A stretch of 64,000 nucleotides of DNA from a virus (taxonomy: Duplodnaviria > Caudoviricetes). The position numbers and the translations under genes are program-made. The notes beneath the pieces were generated by a model. The model had not been told where the DNA came from and searched no databases. It worked only from the letters and a program-made list of their open reading frames with translations. The stretch is taken from positions 1 to 64,000 of IMG/VR virus record IMGVR_UViG_2595698649_000001; one strand, given 5' to 3'. Below, in pieces: positions 8,888 through 17,278 of this stretch; the stretch's first letter is position 1, and each line of letters starts with the position of its first letter.

Positions 8888-9557
8888 AATAGTTATGTTT
8901 TTGATGATGTTAACAATGCCAGTAATGGCAAATGACATTTATGTAACTCAATCTGGTGCTACACTAGATTTAGATATATTACAAGACGGACAAAACAACA
9001 CAATAGGTAACAGTACCACAGCGTCAACTGTAACAGGTGCTACCACGACTTTAAATATTGACCAAGTTGGTGATAGTAACGTACTAACCTTTGACATTAA
9101 TGGTGCAACTTATACTGGTACTTTTGATGTAACTGGTAATAGTAACAACATTGATTTCAATTGTGATAGTGCAGGAACAGTTAGTTCATGTGCTACGGTT
9201 ACTGCCTCTGTTGTATGGGTAGGTTCTTCAAACGACTTAGACATTGACATAGGTGAAACAGCAGACGCTTCAAACGCTGCCGTTACAATATCAGGTGCGT
9301 CAGGTAGTGATAGTAATGTTATAAATGCTACAATAGATGGTACAAGTGTTATCCTTACTTTATCAGTAAACGGTGATACTAACAATTACTTACTAGACAT
9401 AGACGGAGATGGTGATAGTGCAGGACATACACTTATACACACTCACACAGGTTCAATCGCTGATGTAGATATCACACAATCAGGTATCTATGACAATATG
9501 ATTACACTAACAACTTCAGGTGATAACCACGATATAGATATAATCCAGAGAGACTAA
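8871..9557 (+). CDS. curlin-repeat secreted protein (CsgA/CsgB-like)
   Basis: Signal peptide; repeated I-x-Q-x-G-x-x-N beta-arc units (IYVTQSG, ILQDGQNN, IDQVGDSN, ITQSGIYDN). Confidence 0.75.
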   Translation: MKTITKIVMFLMMLTMPVMANDIYVTQSGATLDLDILQDGQNNTIGNSTTASTVTGATTTLNIDQVGDSNVLTFDINGATYTGTFDVTGNSNNIDFNCDSAGTVSSCATVTASVVWVGSSNDLDIDIGETADASNAAVTISGASGSDSNVINATIDGTSVILTLSVNGDTNNYLLDIDGDGDSAGHTLIHTHTGSIADVDITQSGIYDNMITLTTSGDNHDIDIIQRD

Positions 9558-9559
9558 TA

Positions 9560-10666
9560 ATGTCTAAATGGTTTCTAACCTTTTTCATAATCTTTTATGC
9601 TAGTCATAGTTTGGCTAGCATAGGAGAGGTAACACAAATAAAAGGTAATGGTGTTGTAGATAGAAAAGATGGCGAAAAAGAAATCATCCTAGAAAAAGAA
9701 ACAGATATATTTTCATACGATACAGTTAAAACAGGCAATGGTAAAGTTGGTATAGAATTTATAGACTTAACTAGAGTTGATGTAACTGAACATAGTAAAC
9801 TTATCATAGATGAATTTGTTTACGACCCTAATACTAAAACAGGTAAACTATCATTAAAGGCAAAACTAGGCACAATCAAATACGCCTCAGGTCAGATTGC
9901 CAAAAATTCAAAACAGAATGTAAAGATAACAACACCTACAGCAACGATTGGTGTTCGTGGTACAGACTTTACAATGACTATTGATGAGATAGGTTCATCT
10001 ACAATTATTTTATTGCCAAGTTGTGATACAAATGGTAATTGTTTTGTAGGTGAGATAAGTGTAGAAAGTGACGCTGGTCAAGTTATACTTAATCAGGCAT
10101 TTCAAGCAACTGTAGTTGACAACCTTGTAACTAGACCATTGTCACCTGTAATTTTAGATTTAGATGAAGATATGATTAACAATCTATTAATAATATCTAA
10201 ACCGGCAGAGATAGAACAAATGCAAAACGAAGAAGGATTAAATGAAGTTGCAGACGCATTAGATATTGACTTTTTACAATTTGATGATTTAGAACAAGAC
10301 TACTTAGAAGAAGACGAAAGTCAATTTGTTACAGGATTAGATATAGATTTTTTAGAACAAAATTTTTTAGTTGATATTTTAAAACAAATAAACGAAGAAT
10401 TGGCAAAAGCAATGAGGTCAGAATTTGATAAACAAAAATCAGTTGATGGTATCATATTAGGTAAAAATCCAGAAACTGGTGTTATAATATTAGATGAGGA
10501 TCCACAATGGGTTTGGAGTAGAGAAGCTGCTAGTGGTTCTTTTATTGAATTAAGATTAGATAAAGAGTATGGTTATGTATTAAATGTAATACAAGGTGAG
10601 TTTGTACAATACGATTTTGAATTAGGAGGGCAAGAAAATGCGATTACGATTAATCAGACTAATTAA
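9560..10666 (+). CDS. FecR-domain secreted/periplasmic protein
   Basis: Signal peptide; DTVKTGNG..I.F.D.T...TEHS.L.ID..ITTPTATIGVRGTDF FecR signature; acidic linker. Confidence 0.85.
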   Translation: MSKWFLTFFIIFYASHSLASIGEVTQIKGNGVVDRKDGEKEIILEKETDIFSYDTVKTGNGKVGIEFIDLTRVDVTEHSKLIIDEFVYDPNTKTGKLSLKAKLGTIKYASGQIAKNSKQNVKITTPTATIGVRGTDFTMTIDEIGSSTIILLPSCDTNGNCFVGEISVESDAGQVILNQAFQATVVDNLVTRPLSPVILDLDEDMINNLLIISKPAEIEQMQNEEGLNEVADALDIDFLQFDDLEQDYLEEDESQFVTGLDIDFLEQNFLVDILKQINEELAKAMRSEFDKQKSVDGIILGKNPETGVIILDEDPQWVWSREAASGSFIELRLDKEYGYVLNVIQGEFVQYDFELGGQENAITINQTN

Positions 10667-11963
10667 AGATAATTTATTACTGGCATTTTTAGTATGTTTC
10701 TTGTTTACAACTTCAACAAATGCAGGAACTTTAAATTATAAAACATATGCTATAACTACCTATGCACCAAGCCTAGAATTTCCTTTCTATGATAATTCAA
10801 CAGGTTATAACACAGATGGTTCAAATTCCAGTCCATATGGTTTAGGTAGTGTACTCAGCACAGGAACTATATCAAGTCCAAGTGGATATTATTGGGGTAG
10901 TGGTCAGGTATTAGATAGTGGAAGAAGTGAATATGTGGCAGTAGAAGTCACAGGTTACATCACTTGGCCAGGTACAACAGGACAAGAAACAACAGTTTAC
11001 TTTGGCGTAGCGGCTGATGATGGTGTGTTTATGAACATAGATGGTACAAATGTTATTACAGATTGGCAACAACAAGGTTGGGGGTATTGGAACGCAACTG
11101 GTTCATTAACAAAGACTGCTGGCCAACAATATGAAATTACAGTATGGATGTATGAATGGGGTGGCGCAGCTGCTTTAGATATTAATTACTGTATGACTAA
11201 CTCTTATTCAACTTCTTGTCAAACAGATTTGCCAACTTCGTGGTTTTCAACAACACAAGTTATACCAACCTCAGGCATAACAAATGCACAAACAACAGAA
11301 TTTAATACATTTAGAAATAAATCTGTAAGTGGTAATCAAATTTATGTTACACAAACAGGTGATGGCAATACTTTAAATATTCTACAAGATGGTGACGATA
11401 ACTTAATTATTGGTACAAACTTAACATCAGCTGCTGTGATAAATGGTGATAACAATGCTACAGACATAGACCAACTTGGTAACGATAATGTTTTAGGTTT
11501 AGATATAACAGGTTCATCAAACAATGTGGCAGTTACACAAAACCAAGACCAAAGGGCAAAGTTATCTATAACAGGTTCATCAAACAATGTAGATTTAGAC
11601 CAGTCAGCAATTAACTATGTTGGTGAGCATTATATGTCAGTCACTATAGCAGGTAATAGTAATAATGTTGATGTAGACCAAACAGAAACAGGAAATAAGA
11701 AATTGTTTTTAGATATAGACGGTAGTAATAATGTTGCAGTAGACCAAAAAGGTACAGGCAATCACTATGCAGAAATAACATTGACTGATAGTCATAATGT
11801 AGATGTAACGCAAGACGGAAGTGGCGACCACAATGCCACTATTAATTTAAGTGGTAATACTTCTACTCTTACTTTGACACAGGATAGTTCAACAGACCAA
11901 AATTATTACTTATATCAAAATTGTACACAAACAAGTTGCTCAGCAACAGTCACACAAAACTAA
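10638..11963 (+). CDS. PA14-domain plus curlin-repeat secreted protein
   Basis: Signal peptide; PA14-like FGVAADDGVFMNIDG..YEITVWMYEWGGAA; C-terminal half made of Q-x-G-x-x-N repeats. Confidence 0.75.
   Translation: MRLRLIRLIKDNLLLAFLVCFLFTTSTNAGTLNYKTYAITTYAPSLEFPFYDNSTGYNTDGSNSSPYGLGSVLSTGTISSPSGYYWGSGQVLDSGRSEYVAVEVTGYITWPGTTGQETTVYFGVAADDGVFMNIDGTNVITDWQQQGWGYWNATGSLTKTAGQQYEITVWMYEWGGAAALDINYCMTNSYSTSCQTDLPTSWFSTTQVIPTSGITNAQTTEFNTFRNKSVSGNQIYVTQTGDGNTLNILQDGDDNLIIGTNLTSAAVINGDNNATDIDQLGNDNVLGLDITGSSNNVAVTQNQDQRAKLSITGSSNNVDLDQSAINYVGEHYMSVTIAGNSNNVDVDQTETGNKKLFLDIDGSNNVAVDQKGTGNHYAEITLTDSHNVDVTQDGSGDHNATINLSGNTSTLTLTQDSSTDQNYYLYQNCTQTSCSATVTQN
11504..11590 (+). repeat. exact 24-bp direct repeat, 63-nt period, within the curlin repeats
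   Basis: TATAACAGGTTCATCAAACAATGT at 11504 and 11567. Confidence 0.85.
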
Positions 11964-11971
11964 ATAGTAAT

Positions 11972-13807
11972 ATGAAGTATTTGACCCATTGGCTAACTGC
12001 CTTTGTAACCGTAGTCTTATTGACTTATGTAGGTCTACAGGATCCAGGTTTTAAAGAAACACTACGACTTAAATCTTTTGACTATCTATTAGCAAACGAA
12101 GAAAGAACACCCTCACAAGACATAACAATCTTAACCATAGACGAACAAGCAATAGAGAAGTATGGTCAATGGCCGTGGCCGAGAAAAGTCTTAGCAGACA
12201 TTATAATTAAGTTAAGACAAAACGATACAGGTATCATTGTCATGCCAATATTGTTTAGTGAACGAGATAGATTTGATGGTGATATGGATTTTTGTGAGAC
12301 ACTTACATATGGTACAGTTATTGCTCAAGTAGGTACATCACAAAAACGAAAATCTAATCCTGTGCCACGAGGTGTTGCAAAGATAGGTGACCCATTAAAC
12401 TTTTTATTTGAATGGGATGGTATGGTAGGTCCTCTACCTGAATTAGCAGAATGTACAAATGGTGTAGGTGTTATCAATACAGCACCAGAGATAGATGGTG
12501 TTACAAGACGAGTACCTTTATTAATGAAAATAGGTGATGAAGTATATCCTAATATGGCAATAGAAGTCATAAGAGTTGCAGTTGGCGATCCTAGTTATCA
12601 AGTTAAAGCAGACATGAATGGTGTTGTTGCAATGAGAGTACCGGGTTACGATACCATAAATACAGATACAAACGGTAGAATTTGGGTACGCTGGAACAAA
12701 GACTTTAGGGTAGTGTCTGCTGGCAATGATGAGGATTTCCAGAAAGCAGCAGGTACAACTGTCATAATTGCTATGACAGCAGAAGGATTAGGGGGTGTCA
12801 TTGCAACGCCAATAGGCGAACAATATGATTATGTTGTTAGTGCAAATACTTTACAGACAATACTTGATGGCGAAACAATACAAAGAGCAGACTGGTTAAT
12901 AGAATTAGCTGTTGCATTTTTCCTAGGATGTGTTATAGTATTAGTATGTAGATTTTTACCATATTGGGCAATTGCCATTGCTCTAGTAGCAATCACATTT
13001 TCTGCTGGTTATTATATCACATTTACTTTCAAAAGTCAACTGTTATTTGATATTTCTTGGATATTAGTGACTGCTTTTGTAGTAGCATTCCATAGTACAT
13101 TTTTAAGATTTATATTAGAGTTTAGGGCGAAACAACAAATTAGAAAACAGTTTGAGAAGTATCTGGATCCACGACAAGTGGCGATACTAGTAAAAGACCC
13201 TAGTAAATTAAAACTAGGTGGCGAAAGAAAAGAAATGTCCTTCTTATTCATGGACATTGTAGGTTTCACACCTATAAGTGAATACTATAAAAACAAAGAT
13301 GATCCAGAGGGATTAGTAGAAGTCATTAATGACTATCTAAACAGAATGAGTAATATAGTATTAAAGAACGGTGGTACAATTGATAAGTACATGGGCGATT
13401 GCATAATGGCGTTCTGGAACGCACCCCTTGACTGTCCTAATCATGCGGAGATGGCAGTTAGAACAAGTATAGAGTGTGCTGAAGAAACAGATAAAATCAA
13501 AGAAGAATTTAAACAAAAAGGATTACCTGATATTAACATAGGTTCAGGTGTTAATACAGGAACATGTATCGTTGGTAACATGGGTAGTGAAGCAAGACTT
13601 GACTATTCAGTTATTGGTGACGCTGTGAATTTGGCAGCCAGATTAGAGGCACAAACACGAAACTATAAAGATGAGAAAGGCAAAGTTACACCAACATTGT
13701 ATTCGTCTTATACGAAAGAACAACTTACGAATATTAAGTCTGTTGAAGTAGATAAGATAAAAGTAAAAGGCAAAGAAGAGCTAATTACTATTTTTAAACC
13801 ACAATAA
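11972..13807 (+). CDS. CHASE2-domain membrane adenylate cyclase (class III)
   Basis: CHASE2 motifs IDE..I..YGQWPWPR and DGVTRRVPL; three TM helices; cyclase motifs FMDIVGFT, IDKYMGDCIMAFWNAP, GNMGS..RLDYSVIGDAVNLAARLE; ATG 11972 follows a late-promoter variant ACTAAATA. Confidence 0.93.
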   Translation: MKYLTHWLTAFVTVVLLTYVGLQDPGFKETLRLKSFDYLLANEERTPSQDITILTIDEQAIEKYGQWPWPRKVLADIIIKLRQNDTGIIVMPILFSERDRFDGDMDFCETLTYGTVIAQVGTSQKRKSNPVPRGVAKIGDPLNFLFEWDGMVGPLPELAECTNGVGVINTAPEIDGVTRRVPLLMKIGDEVYPNMAIEVIRVAVGDPSYQVKADMNGVVAMRVPGYDTINTDTNGRIWVRWNKDFRVVSAGNDEDFQKAAGTTVIIAMTAEGLGGVIATPIGEQYDYVVSANTLQTILDGETIQRADWLIELAVAFFLGCVIVLVCRFLPYWAIAIALVAITFSAGYYITFTFKSQLLFDISWILVTAFVVAFHSTFLRFILEFRAKQQIRKQFEKYLDPRQVAILVKDPSKLKLGGERKEMSFLFMDIVGFTPISEYYKNKDDPEGLVEVINDYLNRMSNIVLKNGGTIDKYMGDCIMAFWNAPLDCPNHAEMAVRTSIECAEETDKIKEEFKQKGLPDINIGSGVNTGTCIVGNMGSEARLDYSVIGDAVNLAARLEAQTRNYKDEKGKVTPTLYSSYTKEQLTNIKSVEVDKIKVKGKEELITIFKPQ

Positions 13808-13816
13808 GGAGAAACT

Positions 13817-13947
13817 ATGACTAGGCAAACTATGATTAACACATACAAAAGGGAAAAAAAATGAAAAACTTAAAGAAGATGATTAGAAGTAAGAAATTTG
13901 TAAACCTTAAAAATATGCAAGTGAAGCCTCGTCAGTATGCCGCTTAA
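13817..13947 (+). CDS. small basic protein, frame broken in an A-run at ~13854-13861
   Basis: Strong RBS AAGGAG before ATG 13817; adding one A joins it to MKNLKKMIRS..QYAA. Confidence 0.35.
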
Positions 13948-16007
13948 GGCGTTTCAGTAGATAACGAGCTAAATGTAGTATCAGGCGAAGAAGTGCCTTT
14001 TTGAATTGAGAATGTACTATTAGATTGACTTGAAACTGTATTATCACCACCTTTGACAATTGTTACAGGCACTTGCTTCGCACCTTCCATAATTGCATTA
14101 TCATAAGCAGCAGACAATTCATCTATTCTATTTAAGATAGCACTTTCACCTTGTATATCACCTGCTAAATCAGCATTAATTGCCATATCTTCTAGTTGAG
14201 CAATACGAGCATTAACTTCATCTAAACTCATATTTGTAGTGATAGAAGCACCAGTATTTAATTTTTTAACACCACTTGACGCTGGCATTTCCATTTTACC
14301 ACCTACTATTTGACCACCTTGACCAAACATGTCAGCAGCTTGTTTTAATGTGTCTGTACCTGGTAATGCATATAACATTTTACCTACAAGACTATTAGAA
14401 CTAGGTAACATACTACCTGCTAAATTCATAAACAAATCACCAAAGTTTGGTAGTTGAAAGTCAAACATTTTACCTGGTTGAAAACCAAAGATTGCACCAG
14501 TTTCAGGATCATATATTTTTTTTGCTAAGTTTTTGATACCTGTAAACATATCACTTAGACTTGGTATTTCAGCAATAAAACCAAAGATTTCTCCTGTCTC
14601 AGGATCATATATCTTTTTACCTAAACCTACAAGACCTTGACCTAATCTACTAATTACACCTTCATCACCTATTAGAAACTCAGATAGTTTAAATGGTTCA
14701 TCAGGATTACCAAAACCAAATACATCTTTTGCAAAGTTAGTACCAAGATTGATACCTGCACCTGCAACGTCAATTAATTTAGATGTAACACCTGCTGCTG
14801 TCATATCTTCCTCACTAAATGAGAATAGACCTTCAGCAAAACCCATAGTGTTTTTCATTTTGTCACCTACAAAAGCAGAGAAGTCAGTAAATTTTTCTGC
14901 TGCCATATCAGCAGTACCAGAGAACCAGTTTTTAACATTTGTCCAACCATTTGATACACTATTTGATATGAAGTCTTTAAGACCAGTTGCACCTTCAACA
15001 ACAAAGTCTGCTGTGCCACTAAACCATTCTTTAATACTTGACCATGCACCTGTAACTTTAGATACTAACCAATCTTTAATATTTCCTGCACCATCTACAA
15101 CAAAATCAACTGAACCAAAGAACCAGTCTTTTATACTTTGCCATGCTGATGAAACTTTTGCAGTTACCCATTCTTTAATATTTGTATAACCATCTTGTAC
15201 GAACTCTACAGCACCTGTGAAGAAGTTTTTAATACCTGTCCACATGTCATTCAGTTTACCTAATAACCATGCACCAGCACTATCATAAGGTGTAAAGTTA
15301 ACGCCAAACATTTCTAATACATTTGTAATTAAACTATCACCTATGTTTAGTATGAAACTACCAAAGTCAGTAAAGATACCTGCTAATGCTTTTATTCTTT
15401 CTAATACAGTTGCGTCACCACTAAAGATAGTACCTAGTTTATCAGTAACACCTGTTACTAAATCTACGATACCATTGAAAGCGTCTTTTAAAAAATCAAA
15501 AGTGTTTACGAATACACCTTTTACGAATGTTATAAGACCTGATACGACTTCTCTAAATTTAGGATTTTGTAATGCTTTGAAGAACAATAACATAAGACCA
15601 AAGATACCTGCAGGACCTAAAAGACCTTTAATCATACCACCAATACCACCAAGTGCTTTACTAGCACCTTCTTTAAGACCTGCACCAGCAGCTGCCATTG
15701 CATTACCTGGACCTTGTACTAATGCGGCTCTGGCACTTCTTGCTCTCTCTTTAAGCATGTCAGTAAACTTTCTACGCTCAAACTTCTTTTCATCTTCAGC
15801 AAGTTTGTTTTGCAACTTTAAAAATTTACTAGATTTGACACTCTCTTTGCCTAATCCTTCTAGTTGTTTTTTAACTGCTTCTAATTCTTCTCGTTGAGAT
15901 ACAAGTAGTTTTTTCTGGTCACGTCTAGCAAGTAACTCTTCCTGTGACATTCCTGTCAATTCTCTAAGAGTTCCGTCTAGTTTATTGATTGTAGTATCGT
16001 CTGCCAT
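13944..16007 (-). CDS. tape-measure-like / baseplate hub (gp29-like) protein
   Basis: N-terminal coiled coil and W/F-periodic amphipathic repeats (AWQSIKDWF, AWSSIKEWF, GWTNVKNWF); lies downstream of gp26/gp51. Confidence 0.6.
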   Translation of the reverse strand: MADDTTINKLDGTLRELTGMSQEELLARRDQKKLLVSQREELEAVKKQLEGLGKESVKSSKFLKLQNKLAEDEKKFERRKFTDMLKERARSARAALVQGPGNAMAAAGAGLKEGASKALGGIGGMIKGLLGPAGIFGLMLLFFKALQNPKFREVVSGLITFVKGVFVNTFDFLKDAFNGIVDLVTGVTDKLGTIFSGDATVLERIKALAGIFTDFGSFILNIGDSLITNVLEMFGVNFTPYDSAGAWLLGKLNDMWTGIKNFFTGAVEFVQDGYTNIKEWVTAKVSSAWQSIKDWFFGSVDFVVDGAGNIKDWLVSKVTGAWSSIKEWFSGTADFVVEGATGLKDFISNSVSNGWTNVKNWFSGTADMAAEKFTDFSAFVGDKMKNTMGFAEGLFSFSEEDMTAAGVTSKLIDVAGAGINLGTNFAKDVFGFGNPDEPFKLSEFLIGDEGVISRLGQGLVGLGKKIYDPETGEIFGFIAEIPSLSDMFTGIKNLAKKIYDPETGAIFGFQPGKMFDFQLPNFGDLFMNLAGSMLPSSNSLVGKMLYALPGTDTLKQAADMFGQGGQIVGGKMEMPASSGVKKLNTGASITTNMSLDEVNARIAQLEDMAINADLAGDIQGESAILNRIDELSAAYDNAIMEGAKQVPVTIVKGGDNTVSSQSNSTFSIQKGTSSPDTTFSSLSTETP

Positions 16008-16020
16008 TTAACTATTTATC

Positions 16021-16353
16021 CTATTTCTTCTTATTTGTCATTGCTTGAGCACCAAAAAAAGCAGCAACAATACCTGCAACAGCGATGAAATATACACCTG
16101 CCATATCACCTAGTATTTTTGCGCCTTGTTCTAGTCCTGCCACATTAGCAAGAATTACTGCTACAGGATACATTAACATACCATATAGTGAGTACCATGC
16201 CATTGTTCTCTGAGCGTCTCTCATAGCGTCAGCGTCTTCTAATTCTTTACGTTTAAACTCTAAATGCATTTTGTGCTCTTCAGCACTTACTTTACCATCA
16301 CCATTTGTATCTGCTGGGTGTGGTTGTTGTACTATTACTTTTTCTTCAGCCAT
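16021..16353 (-). CDS. EF-hand-loop plus two-TM membrane protein (holin-like topology)
   Basis: DTNGDGKVSAEE loop and two hydrophobic helices. Confidence 0.6.
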   Translation of the reverse strand: MAEEKVIVQQPHPADTNGDGKVSAEEHKMHLEFKRKELEDADAMRDAQRTMAWYSLYGMLMYPVAVILANVAGLEQGAKILGDMAGVYFIAVAGIVAAFFGAQAMTNKKK

Positions 16354-16365
16354 TTTCTTTTCTCC

Positions 16366-16557
16366 TTATTTTAGTTTCGCCTCTTTCATCTTTTTATTTT
16401 CTTCCTTTATATGTTCGTTTAATAAAGAAAGATAGATTTCACGCTCATAAGGCAACATATTTTCAAGTTCAGTAAGTGTGACAAAACTTTTATATATTGT
16501 CATCTTAAATATTAAATCATAATAAGTCTCTAAGTCAATATGAGAGAGGCATATTAA
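16366..16557 (-). CDS. gp51: baseplate hub assembly protein gp51 (first ATG at 16503; homologous frame extends to 16557)
   Basis: Manual translation LICLSHIDLETYYDLIFKMTIYKSFVTLTELENMLPYEREIYLSLLNEHIKEEN; gp51-like ENM.P.ER.IY..LL. Confidence 0.8.
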   Translation of the reverse strand, partial: LICLSHIDLETYYDLIFKMTIYKSFVTLTELENMLPYEREIYLSLLNEHIKEENKKMKEAKLK

Positions 16558-17255
16558 AAAAAACTTTGTAAACCCTCTAACACGACTTTACCTTTTTTCT
16601 TTGTTTTAGGGTGTGTTAGATTGACAGTATGTTTTAATCTTGGCATAGTCACAAAGAAATCTTGTATTTTAGCAAACTGTTCTTGTGTAAGATTGTTTAC
16701 AAAATCATCTATTTCTTCTTTCTTTAAATCTACCGCTTCATGTGTTTCAACACCGTCTATAATTTGGTAGACACAATCACTTACTAAACCAATAGCGTCA
16801 TCAGCAGATATATCTTTTAAATTTTTACCTGCATATGTTGATAGAGTTGGGTAACTCATTATCACAGACACATTGTCGTTTAGTTGTACTTTGTTGACAT
16901 GTTTATCATCCATTTCAACTTGTATTGTTGTTAAATCTACCGTAGCAGGGACTTTTGTGTCTGGGTCACCTGGAAAAGGTACATTTAGTTTTATTTTTTC
17001 ACCTACAGACTTTGCTCTAATCTGTAAGAAAATGTATTCTATATCAAATGATGGAAGTTTGTTTATATCAACTTTATTGAATGTACAATTAGAAACTATT
17101 TGTTTCAATGCATTAATCATTTCGTCATCACCACCTTCTTGTCCTTGTAGAAGTATTTTTTCCTCCTTGACAAGAAAAGGTCTAAACTTTATCTTTTCAT
17201 CTGAGCTTGGTATAGTCAACTCATATTGTTGTGTATTCAGCTTTGGTAAAGCCAT
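16554..17255 (-). CDS. gp26: baseplate hub subunit gp26
   Basis: MALPKL..YEL.IPS..IKFRPFLVKEEKILL, FDIEYIFLQIRAKSVGE; ends LEGLQSFF. Confidence 0.9.
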   Translation of the reverse strand: MALPKLNTQQYELTIPSSDEKIKFRPFLVKEEKILLQGQEGGDDEMINALKQIVSNCTFNKVDINKLPSFDIEYIFLQIRAKSVGEKIKLNVPFPGDPDTKVPATVDLTTIQVEMDDKHVNKVQLNDNVSVIMSYPTLSTYAGKNLKDISADDAIGLVSDCVYQIIDGVETHEAVDLKKEEIDDFVNNLTQEQFAKIQDFFVTMPRLKHTVNLTHPKTKKKGKVVLEGLQSFF

Positions 17256-17278
17256 AATATATCTCCTTTATATAATAA

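Noticed and set aside
7562-13807. Curli/cyclase block as host contamination or a chimeric join
   Set aside because: It has T4-type late promoters and the same composition and GAC-GCN habit as the flanking phage genes, and it is embedded between gp32 and the tail genes.
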